The position numbers were made by a program, and so were the translations under genes. From positions 1-39,883 of the forward strand of contig JBNAVX010000022.1 in assembly GCA_049700155.1 (NCBI GenBank): a DNA stretch of 39,883 nucleotides, in the 5' to 3' direction. The DNA comes from Thermodesulfovibrionales bacterium (GTDB lineage Bacteria; Nitrospirota; Thermodesulfovibrionia; Thermodesulfovibrionales; SM23-35). Below are positions 28,144 through 39,132 of this stretch, in pieces (position 1 is the first letter of the stretch; the number at the start of each line of letters is the position of its first letter). The notes under the pieces are model-generated. The model searched no databases and was not told the DNA's origin. It saw only the letters and a program-made list of their open reading frames with translations.

Positions 28144-28308
28144 AAGGACTAACCTGTTTCTTTCTTAGCTTTAGAGTAATACTTTTTCAAATATAAAGTC
28201 AATATGCCGAATTGCCTCATCAAAAATCTATATGAAACTGAATCGTTGCATCACGGCATCATTAAATATAAACATTCTTATTATTTATGTGTAATAACTT
28301 AACCTATC

Positions 28309-30018
28309 TCACCAGCTCCCGCCGCCCCCTCCACCGCCGCCTCCACCTGAAAATCCACCACCACTAAATCCACTTCCTCTTGGTGATGAAAAGGTTGCAG
28401 ATGCAAGGCGTGAGGTTAGCGAACTGATTGAATTGGAAAAAGTATGTGGGCTGAAGGTTCTGAATCCTCCAGGAGAAACATACCAGTCAGGCTGATCCTG
28501 ATAAATTCCTTCAAATGCTTTTGCCCATTTTTTTTCAACACCAAGGGCAATTGCATAAGGTAAAAATTTTGAGAAGAGATTTTTATCTCCAATTCTCTCT
28601 ATTCTATCTTTTTCAGCACGACTTAAAAATTCCCTAAATCCTAAGATATCCATATATGCTAAAGCTCCATTTCTTGTTTTTGCAGGCATTATTCTTCCGA
28701 AAACAATGAATGGTAAAACTGTTATCGCACCTACTACAATGCTTTTCCCTGGAGAGTAAGATGTAATTATGCTCAAAATGCTGGTGAGGCTTGCGATGAG
28801 TATTCCTGCAACTATATATATATTCCTAACTTTTTCAGGGTTTTTAAGAAAATACTTTTTGCTTACAAGTTCACCATACAAGGTATCTTTTAATGATGAT
28901 AAATTTTTATAAAATTCATTCTCTAATTCTGAGATAAATATGCCCTGTGACGAACCAGAAAATAGATATGACATAATCTTATATTCAAAAGTGCTTAGAT
29001 TTTTATCGGGTTCTTTAACCTTTTTAATATAATAATCTGTTTTGTCAAATAATAGACCCTCTTCTTTTCTCTCTTCTATTCTTATATAACCCTTTGTAGC
29101 AAGCCCAATAATGCTGGAGGTGAGGTCTCGTGAATCGAGTCTTTCGTCAACAAGAGCACCTACCTCGGCTGGTGAAAGAAACTTATCACCATACATGGGT
29201 GGGTTATACATCACTGTGATAGCTTCTCTTACTTTAGGATCCCTGCCTTTTCTATACCATTGGTTAAACACAAAAAATAATGAAAGTACAGGAAATAAAA
29301 ATACCCAGTTTTCTTCTAAATCAAGTGACCACAAGAACTTCTGAATAGAAGAAGGTTCGGTAACAAGTCCTTTATCCCATCCAAATGCGATGGTTAGTCC
29401 TTCACCAATATTAAGATTTTTCCTTGTAATGAATTCAGCACTGTTATCATATGTCTTGTAAGTGCATAATGAGCTTCTTGAACCATAAGGGCCTGTATAA
29501 CATGCTGACCATAACTTTTTACTTTTATTTTTTGTATTTAAATTTATATCTGCTGAAGCCTCTTTTATTGGAGCCTGCCAGTAGTTACCTGTCACATTCC
29601 AGTAAAGCTCATCATGGTCTTTAAAAAAGTATAATGCATTCTTAACTTCATATGTTATTACATACGTTTGTTTACCTGAGACATATATATTTGGGTCACC
29701 TATCCTTATGTTAATGACATTACCTGTTCTTCTAATCCTGTATTTCCATTTATTTCCAGACTCATCTATTACAGATAATACCTTTATAGGGGTCTTTGTG
29801 GTTTTAAAGAATTCATCGGTATATTTGAAAGGAATCTCACGATAAATACCGTGTCTCTCTCTATGAAACTCCACTTTTATCGTCTCCTTTACTATAAAAG
29901 AGGAATCCTCTTTTATAACAATATCAGAGTGAAAATTATTGATAGTGAAGTATTGTGCAAAAACAGGCTGTGCAAGAATAAGTAAAATGAAAAAAGTGAT
30001 GAACGATATAATATACAC
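28309..30018 (-). CDS. DUF2207 family membrane protein
   Basis: ELYWNVTG, LPYAIALG and Gly-rich C-terminus ending GGGSW; next to lemA. Confidence 0.88.
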   Translation of the reverse strand: MYIISFITFFILLILAQPVFAQYFTINNFHSDIVIKEDSSFIVKETIKVEFHRERHGIYREIPFKYTDEFFKTTKTPIKVLSVIDESGNKWKYRIRRTGNVINIRIGDPNIYVSGKQTYVITYEVKNALYFFKDHDELYWNVTGNYWQAPIKEASADINLNTKNKSKKLWSACYTGPYGSRSSLCTYKTYDNSAEFITRKNLNIGEGLTIAFGWDKGLVTEPSSIQKFLWSLDLEENWVFLFPVLSLFFVFNQWYRKGRDPKVREAITVMYNPPMYGDKFLSPAEVGALVDERLDSRDLTSSIIGLATKGYIRIEERKEEGLLFDKTDYYIKKVKEPDKNLSTFEYKIMSYLFSGSSQGIFISELENEFYKNLSSLKDTLYGELVSKKYFLKNPEKVRNIYIVAGILIASLTSILSIITSYSPGKSIVVGAITVLPFIVFGRIMPAKTRNGALAYMDILGFREFLSRAEKDRIERIGDKNLFSKFLPYAIALGVEKKWAKAFEGIYQDQPDWYVSPGGFRTFSPHTFSNSISSLTSRLASATFSSPRGSGFSGGGFSGGGGGGGGGGSW

Positions 30019-30576
30019 TTAAAAACTCACTTTTACCGGTTTTCTTTCGACTTCAGGAGATTCAAGTGCAAAGAATTCCTCTTGCTTGAAGCTGAAAGAA
30101 GATGCGATGATGTTTGATGGGAAAGATTCTATCAGGATATTGTAATCACGAACAACAGCATTATAATATCTTCTTGCATTTTCTATATTGTCTTCCAATT
30201 CTTTGAGCTGTGACTGGAGCTGCAAGAAATTAGTGGATGCCTTAAGGTCAGGATATGCCTCAGCAACTGCAAACAGTGTCTTTAGAGTCTCTGTAAGCAT
30301 ATTCTCTGCTTTTGCTTTTTCAGATGGAGATGAAGCATGCATTGCTGTAGTTCTTGCCTCTGTGACTTTTTCAAATAATGTCCTTTCATGAGAGGCATAG
30401 CCTTTCACTGTCTCTACAAGGTTAGGTACAAGGTCATATCTTTTCTTACATTGAACATCGATATCTGCCCATGAGGACTTTACCGTATTCCTTAACCGTA
30501 TAAGCTTATTATATATTGCTATTGCAGAAACTATAATTCCCAGAATGACTCCAAGAATAATTAATATAGTTAACAC
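30019..30576 (-). CDS. lemA: LemA family protein
   Basis: RYDLVPNLVE.VKGY..HE, AEAYPDLKA and ARRYYN motifs. Confidence 0.93.
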   Translation of the reverse strand: MLTILIILGVILGIIVSAIAIYNKLIRLRNTVKSSWADIDVQCKKRYDLVPNLVETVKGYASHERTLFEKVTEARTTAMHASSPSEKAKAENMLTETLKTLFAVAEAYPDLKASTNFLQLQSQLKELEDNIENARRYYNAVVRDYNILIESFPSNIIASSFSFKQEEFFALESPEVERKPVKVSF

Positions 30577-30704
30577 TATAAAACCTCCTTTTTATAATTA
30601 TATGAGACCCATCTCATATCAGGGAAAATCATAACAGATTTTGAAAAAATATGCATATGATTCTACATCTAATTCACATTACTTATTAAAATTAACCCTT
30701 AAAT

Positions 30705-30731
30705 TGTTATCCTGAACTCGTTTTAGAATCT
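30705..30731. repeat. Degenerate half of a REP-like palindromic element
   Basis: TGTTATCCTGAACTCGTTTTAGAATCT resembles 37056-37081 at about 18/27. Confidence 0.4.
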
Positions 30732-30788
30732 TCTGGGTAGGCTTGTTAATGAGTTTGCAGAATCTGCATTATTCAAATTGTTTTTTGG

Positions 30789-31757
30789 TTAACCCCGTAA
30801 ACTATTAACTAATTCTTTATTTTCAAGATACCATTTAACTGTTTTTTTGATACCTTCTTGAATTGTAGTTTTAGGGGACCACTTTAATTTAGCTTTTGAT
30901 TTCTCTATATCTGCCCATGTTGCAATAACATCTGCAGGATGTCGAGGAGAAAAATTCATTACTGCCTTCTTTTCAAGTTCCTCTTCTATCAGTTTTATCA
31001 CATATATCAATTCAACAGGGTCGTCACTTCCAAGGTTAAATATCTCATAACCAAAGGGTTGAAGACATTTCAATGTGCCATCTGCTATGTCATCAATATA
31101 AGAAAAATCCCTTTTCTGCCTGCCATCTCCAAAGATGGTTATGGGGTTACCATTATCAATGTTTTTTATGAATATAAAAATACTCATATCAGGTCTTCCT
31201 GCAGGTCCATAGACTGTAAAATATCTTGGTATGCTTATATCAATACCATACAGATAATGATAGCTATAGCAAAGGACTTCAGCACCCTTTTTAGTTGCTG
31301 AATATGGTGCTAAAGGAGAATCAGTTATATCAGATTCTTTAAAAGGTATCTTATTAAGACCATAAATACTGGATGTTGAAGCTAAAACAAATTTTTTGAC
31401 ACCATATCCTTTACAACATTCAAGGAGATTTAAAGTCCCTTTTGTATTAGTATCGAGATAAACCCATGGATCTTTTACAGATGCCCTTACTCCTGCCCTT
31501 GCAGCAAGATTTATGACAGCGTCAATTTTATGTTGATTAAAAATTTCTTTGACTGAATTAAAATCAGATATATCACATTGATAAAAAATGAAAGCCTTGT
31601 TATCCTTTAATTGCATAAGCCTCCATTCTTTTAATCTTGGATCATAATAGTCATTAAGGTTGTCCACTCCTACAACATTCATGTTTTCCTTAATTAATCT
31701 CTCTGAAACCTTCCAGCCGATAAAACCTGCACAACCTGTCACCAGAATAGAATTCAC
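30789..31757 (-). CDS. NAD-dependent epimerase/dehydratase (UDP-glucuronate 4-epimerase-like)
   Basis: TGCAGFIG, LAARAGVR, YSATKK and YGPAGRPDM motifs. Confidence 0.9.
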   Translation of the reverse strand: MNSILVTGCAGFIGWKVSERLIKENMNVVGVDNLNDYYDPRLKEWRLMQLKDNKAFIFYQCDISDFNSVKEIFNQHKIDAVINLAARAGVRASVKDPWVYLDTNTKGTLNLLECCKGYGVKKFVLASTSSIYGLNKIPFKESDITDSPLAPYSATKKGAEVLCYSYHYLYGIDISIPRYFTVYGPAGRPDMSIFIFIKNIDNGNPITIFGDGRQKRDFSYIDDIADGTLKCLQPFGYEIFNLGSDDPVELIYVIKLIEEELEKKAVMNFSPRHPADVIATWADIEKSKAKLKWSPKTTIQEGIKKTVKWYLENKELVNSLRG

Positions 31758-31768
31758 AATATACCTCC

Positions 31769-33817
31769 TTATTTTCTCCTCCTCAAGAATTCCCTTGGCT
31801 TTCCTGCACCCTTTGGTGGTCCAACAAGACCATCTTCTTCCATCAACTCCATAATATTGGCTGCCCTGTTATATCCAATCTTCAATCTTCTCTGGATAGA
31901 TGATATTGATACTTCTCCTACGGATTCTGCAAACTCAACAGCCTTTAGATAAAGCTCATCCCGTTCACCTTTAACTCCATCCACTTCAAACTCTGTCTCA
32001 TTTATTCCTTCAAGTATTGAATAGTCAGGCTTTCCCTGAGACTTTATAAAATTAGTCACTGCTTTTATCTCTTCCTCTGTAACAAGGGCACCATGGACAC
32101 GAATGATTCTTGTACCAGGGAACATAAGAAGCATATCACCTTTTCCAAGTAGCTGTTCTGCTCCATGTGTGTCAAGAATTGTTCTTGAGTCAATTTTCGA
32201 AGAGACCTGAAAAGATATACGAGCAGGAAAGTTTGCTTTTATTATACCTGTTATTACATCAACAGATGGCCTCTGTGTTGCGAGTATAAGGTGGATACCA
32301 GCAGCACGTCCCATTTGTGCAAGTCGTGCTATGGAGTCTTCAATTTCCGCTGCTACTGAAAACATCAGGTCAGCGAGCTCATCAATAAAAATAACAATAT
32401 AAGGCATTTGCTCCCCAATTTCTCTCTGGGCATTGTAATTCTCGATGTTCCTTGCAGCTTTCTCAGCAAGTACCTTATACCTCCTTTCCATTTCAAAGAC
32501 TATCTTTCTCAATGCATCTACAGCCTCTCTCGGAGTTGTTATAACAGGTGATATGAGATGGGGTATTTCTTCATAAGCTGAAAGTTCAAGGAGTTTCGGA
32601 TCTATCATCAACATCTTTACATCTGAAGGGGTTGATTTATAGAGAAGGCTTACAACCATAGAATTTATTGATACACTTTTACCAGAACCTGTTGCACCAG
32701 CAACAAGAAGATGTGGCATCTTTAGTAGGTCAGCAATGATAGGTTTTCCGAATATATCTTTACCAAGACCAAGTGTGAGTTTTGAGCTGCTCTTCTTAAA
32801 ATTCTCTGATGAGAGGATTTCTCTTAAAGATACTATCTCTCTCTGACTGTTTGGAACCTCTATACCCAATGTAGCCTTACCAGCAATAGGTGAGATTCTT
32901 ACACTCTGCGCCTTGAGAGAAAGTGCTAAATCATCAGCAAGGGATACAACCCTGTTTATTTTTACTCCGGGTGCAGGTTCAAACTCAAACATCGTAACAA
33001 CAGGACCGGGATGAACCTGTGTAATCTTTCCTTCTACATCGAAGTCTTCAAGCTTCTTTTCTATTAGAACTGAATTTTCCAATAACTCCTCCTTTGATGG
33101 TCTGACAAATGTTGAATCATAACTCTTGAGGAGTTCAAGTGATGGCAGTTCATAACCACCGATTTTTTCCGGTCGTATAGTTGGTATTTCAGCTTGAGAT
33201 GGTGAAATTATCTCATGTTTTTCCCTTATCTTTTCTTCTATTACACCTTCTTCTATAAATCGACCCTTTTCTTTAAATTTCTGTCTTTTGTGAACTACTA
33301 ACTTTGTAATAGAAACCGGGCTCATCAGGATGATAGAACAAAGAAATAAAGAAAGGGAAAAGATGTAAGCTCCTGGAATAGAAAATAAGCTATTCGCAAT
33401 ATACGCAATCTCTTTTCCTATAAGTCCTCCGATACCATCGGGATACTTGCTGACTTTGATATCGAATGTCAAAGAGAAGAGTGACATAAGAACTGAAAAT
33501 GAAACAATAAATAGAATACTACCTAAAAGGTATATTTTATGTCCCTCTTTTCCAAGAAGCCTTTTGACACCGAATGCGATAATGAGGAGAGGGATAATGA
33601 AAGACCCAAGTCCAAGAAAAATTATTAACCATCCAGATATGTATGCCCCTACTGCCCCACCAAGGTTCTTTACAGGTTCAGGTGGTTCTGTTAATCGGAA
33701 AAAGGGGACGGGGTCTTTTATATAATGGCTGATCAGACTGAGAAAGAGATAAATACTGCCAAGTATGGAAAGAACACCTGCAATTTCCTCTTTTATACGC
33801 TTTATCCTCTCAACCAT
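31769..33817 (-). CDS. ftsK: DNA translocase FtsK
   Basis: N-terminal TM segments, GATGSGKS, IDELAD, ATQRPS and gamma domain QRRLKIGYNRA. Confidence 0.95.
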   Translation of the reverse strand: MVERIKRIKEEIAGVLSILGSIYLFLSLISHYIKDPVPFFRLTEPPEPVKNLGGAVGAYISGWLIIFLGLGSFIIPLLIIAFGVKRLLGKEGHKIYLLGSILFIVSFSVLMSLFSLTFDIKVSKYPDGIGGLIGKEIAYIANSLFSIPGAYIFSLSLFLCSIILMSPVSITKLVVHKRQKFKEKGRFIEEGVIEEKIREKHEIISPSQAEIPTIRPEKIGGYELPSLELLKSYDSTFVRPSKEELLENSVLIEKKLEDFDVEGKITQVHPGPVVTMFEFEPAPGVKINRVVSLADDLALSLKAQSVRISPIAGKATLGIEVPNSQREIVSLREILSSENFKKSSSKLTLGLGKDIFGKPIIADLLKMPHLLVAGATGSGKSVSINSMVVSLLYKSTPSDVKMLMIDPKLLELSAYEEIPHLISPVITTPREAVDALRKIVFEMERRYKVLAEKAARNIENYNAQREIGEQMPYIVIFIDELADLMFSVAAEIEDSIARLAQMGRAAGIHLILATQRPSVDVITGIIKANFPARISFQVSSKIDSRTILDTHGAEQLLGKGDMLLMFPGTRIIRVHGALVTEEEIKAVTNFIKSQGKPDYSILEGINETEFEVDGVKGERDELYLKAVEFAESVGEVSISSIQRRLKIGYNRAANIMELMEEDGLVGPPKGAGKPREFLRRRK

Positions 33818-34569
33818 ATCCCAGCTATTATAACAACTGCAAGTGTAAATCTATAATAAACAAATAGATTCAATGGATATTTTCTGAGAAAACTCAGTAA
33901 GAATTTTATAGCTATAAGACCGGTTATAGAAGATGTTACAAATCCTGCTGCAAAAAGCTGAAGGTCATAATTCTCTCTTAGGATTAAGAATTTTTTGAGG
34001 TGAAGGGCAGTTGCGCCTGCAATGATTGGTGTCGAAAGTAAGAATGAGAAACGTGCTGACGCATCTCTTTTAAGTCCTTTAAACATACCTGATGAAATAG
34101 TTATACCTGAACGTGATACGCCGGGTATAAGGGCAGTTGCTTGTGCAATTCCGATAAAGATAGCATCTTTTAAATTTATATCTTCTATTCCTTTTTTTTT
34201 CATTGAGCTTTCAGAAGCTAACATGATGAGACCTACTAATATTAGCATTATGCTGATTAGAAAGGGCTCTCGGAGTTTTTTCTCTACTATATCATTTAAA
34301 AGAAAGCCCGCAATACCTGCAGGAATTGAAGAAATAATAATAATAAATAAAAGTTTCTGTTTTTTGGAAAATAATTCTACCCAGTCTTTCCAGAAACAGA
34401 AGATTAGAGCGGTCAGTGTTCCCCCATGAAGTGCAACATCAAAGGTTAATGTATTAACATCTCCCCCCCATCCAAAAAACCATGGGAGCAAAATCAGATG
34501 TGCGGTACTACTAATAGGAAAAAATTCGGTAAAACCCTGAGTTATTCCAAGAATTATTGCCTCTATCAA
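33802..34569 (-). CDS. uppP: Undecaprenyl-diphosphatase
   Basis: QGFTEFFPISSTAH and PGVSRSG motifs. Confidence 0.95.
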   Translation of the reverse strand: MIEAIILGITQGFTEFFPISSTAHLILLPWFFGWGGDVNTLTFDVALHGGTLTALIFCFWKDWVELFSKKQKLLFIIIISSIPAGIAGFLLNDIVEKKLREPFLISIMLILVGLIMLASESSMKKKGIEDINLKDAIFIGIAQATALIPGVSRSGITISSGMFKGLKRDASARFSFLLSTPIIAGATALHLKKFLILRENYDLQLFAAGFVTSSITGLIAIKFLLSFLRKYPLNLFVYYRFTLAVVIIAGIWLRG

Positions 34570-34572
34570 GTA

Positions 34573-36228
34573 TTAAACCTCAAATATGATAGGCATGATC
34601 ATTGGTCTTCTTTCCATTGTATCTCTGAGATATTTCTTCAATGTATTTCGTAGCTTTGCTTGAAGAACGGATGAATCTGATATAACCTCTTTATCAAGTC
34701 CTTTTATTGTATCAGTCAAAAGCTTTTTTACATCATTTATCACTTCCTGAGAGGCATCCTCAAACACAAATCCCCTTGAAATGATGTCAGGTCCTGATAT
34801 TATATTACCCGTAAGCTTTTCTATTGATAAAAGTATGAGTACTATTCCGTCATGTGCAAGTCTTAAACGGTCACGAAGGACCATCTCTTTAACATCTCCA
34901 ACGCCCTTTCCATCTATAAAAACCCTCCCAGAGTTTACCCTTCCATTCTTTCTTGCTTCTTTATTAGATATTTCAAGAATCTCACCATCTTCAAGAATAA
35001 ATATATTCTCTTTAGGTATTCCGAGTTTCTTTGCAAGGATTGAATGATACACAAGGTGTCTGTATTCACCATGAATAGGCATAAAATATCTTGGTCTTAC
35101 GAGGTTTAGCATAAGTTTAAGCTCTTCTTTAGATGCATGTCCAGATACATGGACTTCTGAAACCTTTTCATAAAAGACATTTGCTCCACGTCTGAAAAGA
35201 TGGTTTATAATCCTTCCTATGGAGCGTTCATTTCCTGGTATCATACGTGCTGATAATATAACTGTATCTCCATCCCTGATTTTGATCTCTTTATGCTCAT
35301 CTGTAGCAATCCTTGAGAGAACACTCATCGGCTCACCCTGGCTACCTGTTGTTATTATTACAATCTGATGGTCTTTTAGTTTTGGCAGGTCTTCGAGTCT
35401 GAGCCATGTGTTTTCGGGTATTTTGAGATAGCCGAGATCCAGGGCAATCTGTGCATTTGATACGATGCTCTTTCCGCATATTATTACCTTTCTACCAAAT
35501 TTAACAGCGACATCAATTGCCTGCTGAATCCTATGAATATTTGATGCAAAAGTGGCAATTATGATTCTCCCCTGTGCAGAAGAAAATATATCCTCAAATA
35601 TACGTAATACCTCTTTTTCTGAATAAGTGAAGCCACCCTTTTCAGAGTTTGTGCTGTCAGAAAGGAGAAGTAGTGTTCCCCTCTCTCCATATTCTGTGAA
35701 TTTATGCAGATCCATTAACTGACCATCAACAGGGGTTGGATCAAGTTTAAAATCACCTGTGTGAACAACAAGTCCTAAAGGGGTCTGAATTCCGAGCCCA
35801 ACTCCGTCAACTATGCTGTGAGTAACCCTTATGAATTCAACTGAAAATACCCCGAGGCTTACTATATCTCTTGGTTTTACAGGTATAAGTTCGACATTTT
35901 CAAGATTATGTTCAAAAAGCTTGCTCTTGACAAGTCCAAGTGTAAGGGGGGTCCCATAGACAGGGACAGAGATTTCCTTCAATAAAAATGGTAGAGCCCC
36001 TATATGGTCTTCATGTCCATGGGTGAGTATTATCCCTCTTATTTTTTCTTTATTATCAAGAATATAGGAAAAATCAGGTATAACATAATCAACTCCAAGC
36101 ATATCTTCTTCAGGAAACATAAGACCTGCATCAATAATGATTATGTCATTATTATATTCAAAGACCGTCATGTTTAGACCAATTTCTTGAACACCGCCGA
36201 GAGGAATTACAGATAGGATATTTTCCAT
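34573..36228 (-). CDS. rnj: Ribonuclease J
   Basis: THGHEDHIG, HTGDFK, TGSQGEP, HVSGH and PIHGE motifs. Confidence 0.95.
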   Translation of the reverse strand: MENILSVIPLGGVQEIGLNMTVFEYNNDIIIIDAGLMFPEEDMLGVDYVIPDFSYILDNKEKIRGIILTHGHEDHIGALPFLLKEISVPVYGTPLTLGLVKSKLFEHNLENVELIPVKPRDIVSLGVFSVEFIRVTHSIVDGVGLGIQTPLGLVVHTGDFKLDPTPVDGQLMDLHKFTEYGERGTLLLLSDSTNSEKGGFTYSEKEVLRIFEDIFSSAQGRIIIATFASNIHRIQQAIDVAVKFGRKVIICGKSIVSNAQIALDLGYLKIPENTWLRLEDLPKLKDHQIVIITTGSQGEPMSVLSRIATDEHKEIKIRDGDTVILSARMIPGNERSIGRIINHLFRRGANVFYEKVSEVHVSGHASKEELKLMLNLVRPRYFMPIHGEYRHLVYHSILAKKLGIPKENIFILEDGEILEISNKEARKNGRVNSGRVFIDGKGVGDVKEMVLRDRLRLAHDGIVLILLSIEKLTGNIISGPDIISRGFVFEDASQEVINDVKKLLTDTIKGLDKEVISDSSVLQAKLRNTLKKYLRDTMERRPMIMPIIFEV

Positions 36229-36274
36229 TAATAAATTATATCAAATTTTCAAGTACAAAAATGCCTTCAGAATA

Positions 36275-36994
36275 CTATCCTTTTTTCAAGGAGATTACCT
36301 CAACTTTTACATTTGCAGTCCCTTTTTCAAAAAACCCGAGTTTCCTGGCTGCACCCATACTCAGATCTATTACCCTTTTTTCAGCATCTGGGTTTTCTTT
36401 ACATGAGAATGGTCCGCGGTCGTTTACCCTCACAATGATTGAACGATTATTTTCGAGGTTTGTAACTTTAACATGTATTGGAAGCGGTAGGTATTTATGT
36501 GCACCTGTTAATCCTTCTGGATTGAACACCTCTCCATTTGCAGTCATATACCCTCCTTTTTGTACAGTCTCGTAACCATACCATGATGCGATCCCTATTT
36601 CACTATAATTTTCAGCTTCTTCTACTGACATAGGATTATAGGTCTTTCCATTGACAGTATAAGGAGAATTTTTCACACGACCTAAGCGGATAGCTTCTTT
36701 TGGAGATAATCCATCTATTTTTTCAATGTCTTTATTAATAAGTGGCCAATCTAAGGGAGCTTTTGCTACCTCAAAAGTATATTCACCGATTTTATAAAGG
36801 AGCTTTGTTGTACCTGCGGTAAACTCATAAGTTCCTTTTACTACCCAGATTGTACTTTTAAAAACTCCTTTTGTTACCTTGTAAGGCGCAGTTATTATTG
36901 AACAACTAGACGATATAAGACACAAAATTATGATTGATTGATATATTATCCTTTTTAAAAGGTAGATATAATTCATTAAGTTCACTATTTCCAA
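36275..36994 (-). CDS. rlpA: Septal ring lytic transglycosylase RlpA family lipoprotein
   Basis: Lipobox-like SSSC, GIASWYG, TANGE, VNDRGPF and IDLS motifs; the start may be the ATG of MNY. Confidence 0.88.
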   Translation of the reverse strand: MEIVNLMNYIYLLKRIIYQSIIILCLISSSCSIITAPYKVTKGVFKSTIWVVKGTYEFTAGTTKLLYKIGEYTFEVAKAPLDWPLINKDIEKIDGLSPKEAIRLGRVKNSPYTVNGKTYNPMSVEEAENYSEIGIASWYGYETVQKGGYMTANGEVFNPEGLTGAHKYLPLPIHVKVTNLENNRSIIVRVNDRGPFSCKENPDAEKRVIDLSMGAARKLGFFEKGTANVKVEVISLKKG

Positions 36995-37055
36995 TTTTAC
37001 AATTATAGCTCAATATTGCTTCAATTATGACTCTTATATAGCCCTTAATCCGCCG

Positions 37056-37126
37056 TGTCACCCTTAATTTTTTCAGGGTCTCTGGTCAATACTTTTAAGA
37101 GATGCTGGTTCAAGTTCAAAATGAAA
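37056..37126. repeat. Degenerate REP-like palindromic element
   Basis: TGTCACCCTTAATTTTTTCAGGGTCT...AGATGCTGGTTCAAGTTCAAAATGA, two imperfect inverted arms in an intergenic region. Confidence 0.45.
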
Positions 37127-37183
37127 AGTAATATTAAACCTTTTTTATTTTTAAATATTCTGGTAGGATTAAGTTATGATCTT

Positions 37184-37213
37184 TTGACACATATTATTTT
37201 TTTATGATAGAGT
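37184..37213 (+). promoter_or_regulatory. Putative hemL promoter
   Basis: TTGACA, N18, TAGAGT with a TG extension. Confidence 0.45.
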
Positions 37214-37230
37214 AACAAAGTTTTTAAAAT

Positions 37231-38514
37231 ATGAAATGGGAAAAATCTAAAAAACTTTTTAAGAAAGCTCAGGAACTTATCCCTGGGGGTGTCAATAGTC
37301 CTGTCCGTGCTTTTAAGGCTGTTGGTGGAAATCCGATATTCATCCAGAAGGCTAAAGGTTCAAAGATATATGATGTAGATGGAAACGAGTATATAGACTA
37401 TGTCCTTTCATGGGGACCACTCATACTTGGACATGCACATCCTGATATTATTAGGGCACTAAAAAAGGCTTCAGAAAGAGGTACAAGTTATGGAGCTCCA
37501 ACACCCCTTGAGATTGAACTTGCAAAGCTTATACTTAAGGCTTATCCATCAATGGACATGGTAAGAATGGTGAATTCAGGCACAGAGGCAACAATGAGTG
37601 CCATAAGAGTAGCAAGGGGGTTTACAGGAAGAGACAGAATTATAAAGTTTGAAGGTTGCTATCATGGGCATGCTGATGGCTTGCTTGTAAGGGCTGGCTC
37701 TGGTGCAACCACTTTTGGGATACCCGATAGTCCCGGAGTTCCTAAGTCTTATGCTCAGGAGACGATTACATTGCCATTTAATAATATAGAGGCATTAAAG
37801 AATGTTATTAATAATGAAGGAAAATCTATTGCTTGTGTAATTATAGAGCCTGTTGTTGGAAATATCGGATGTGTTCTCCCCTTGTCTGGATTCCTCGAGA
37901 CACTCAGGGAATTAACAGAAAAAAATGGCATTATACTTATCTTTGACGAGGTGATGACAGGCTTCAGGGTTTCATTTGGTGGTGCGCAGAAATATTATGG
38001 CATAAAGCCTGACATGACATGCCTTGGTAAAGTTATTGGAGGTGGACTACCTGTTGGTGCATATGGTGGGAAAAAAGAGATCATGTCTATGGTTTCACCA
38101 ATAGGTCCTGTATATCAGGCAGGTACATTATCAGGGAATCCTCTTGCAATGACAGCAGGAATAGAAACAATAAAGATTCTTTCAAAAAGTAGCACATATA
38201 AAAGACTTGAATATATAGCAGGTTTATTAGAAGATGGGCTTAAAGATGCAGCAAAAATGGCAGGTGTAAAGACAAGATTTTACAGAGCAGGAACAATGTT
38301 CTGTACATATTTTACAGATATTGATGTAATTGACTATAACACAGCTAAGACATCGGACACTTCTAAATTCTCAAGATTCTTTTATAATATGCTTAAAAGA
38401 GGAGTTAACCTCGCCCCCTCACAGTTTGAAGCTGGATTCATATCACTTGCACATACAGAGAAAGATGTAGAAAAAACAGTAAAGGCAGCATTCGAATCCT
38501 TTAAAGAGTGCTGA
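37231..38514 (+). CDS. hemL: Glutamate-1-semialdehyde 2,1-aminomutase
   Basis: [33 protein letters not shown] and GTLSGNP motifs. Confidence 0.97.
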   Translation: MKWEKSKKLFKKAQELIPGGVNSPVRAFKAVGGNPIFIQKAKGSKIYDVDGNEYIDYVLSWGPLILGHAHPDIIRALKKASERGTSYGAPTPLEIELAKLILKAYPSMDMVRMVNSGTEATMSAIRVARGFTGRDRIIKFEGCYHGHADGLLVRAGSGATTFGIPDSPGVPKSYAQETITLPFNNIEALKNVINNEGKSIACVIIEPVVGNIGCVLPLSGFLETLRELTEKNGIILIFDEVMTGFRVSFGGAQKYYGIKPDMTCLGKVIGGGLPVGAYGGKKEIMSMVSPIGPVYQAGTLSGNPLAMTAGIETIKILSKSSTYKRLEYIAGLLEDGLKDAAKMAGVKTRFYRAGTMFCTYFTDIDVIDYNTAKTSDTSKFSRFFYNMLKRGVNLAPSQFEAGFISLAHTEKDVEKTVKAAFESFKEC

Positions 38515-38516
38515 GC

Positions 38517-38771
38517 ATGCCAGAGAAAGAAAAACCACTCTTAAAACAATTATGGGAAGCAAGCACTGTTGGGCTTAATCTTGTCATTTCCACAATTGTA
38601 GGAGGTTTAATAGGTTATGGATTAGATTATGCTATGGAGAACTGGTTCGGTATAAAGACAAAACCATGGCTGTTATTTATTTTTGCATTACTTGGTATTA
38701 TTGCAGGCTTCAGAGACCTCTTCAGAATAGCGTCTAAAAAAGAAAATGAATCTGGTAAAAAGGATCTTTAA
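38517..38771 (+). CDS. atpZ: AtpZ/ATPase gene-1 family membrane protein
   Basis: Two TM segments with G..IGY.LD...PW....LG..AGF; start at ATG 38517. Confidence 0.8.
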   Translation: MPEKEKPLLKQLWEASTVGLNLVISTIVGGLIGYGLDYAMENWFGIKTKPWLLFIFALLGIIAGFRDLFRIASKKENESGKKDL

Positions 38772-39126
38772 GCAATCTATAATACTCCTTATTCCATTAT
38801 CAATTATTTCATCTTTTATTGAATGGCCCAAACTTCCATTGGGCATTCTCGTTGGTGGTATTCTTGGACTTATTAATTTGAGGGGTCTTGCAAAAGGAGT
38901 TCAGGGATTGACAGGGACTTACAGACCGACAGGGAAATTGGTTTTTTTTAGCCTTTTCAGACTTGCAATCCTTGCTATTGTCCTTGGAATCATTATTGTT
39001 TCTGGAAAGGTCAACGCCTTTGGAATCCTTATAGGGTTTACTGTTGTTTTTATCTCAATCTTGAAAGAAGGGCTTCATGCTGCAAAAGAAACTCCTGAGG
39101 AACAGATAAAGTCATGCAGAAAGTAA
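38746..39126 (+). CDS. atpI: ATP synthase subunit I
   Basis: Four TM segments with G......N and R...L patterns; follows atpZ. Confidence 0.75.
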   Translation: MNLVKRIFKQSIILLIPLSIISSFIEWPKLPLGILVGGILGLINLRGLAKGVQGLTGTYRPTGKLVFFSLFRLAILAIVLGIIIVSGKVNAFGILIGFTVVFISILKEGLHAAKETPEEQIKSCRK

Positions 39127-39132
39127 TATATA

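Noticed and set aside
28309-28380. GC-rich CCN repeat tract
   Set aside because: It encodes the normal Gly-rich C-terminus of DUF2207 proteins.
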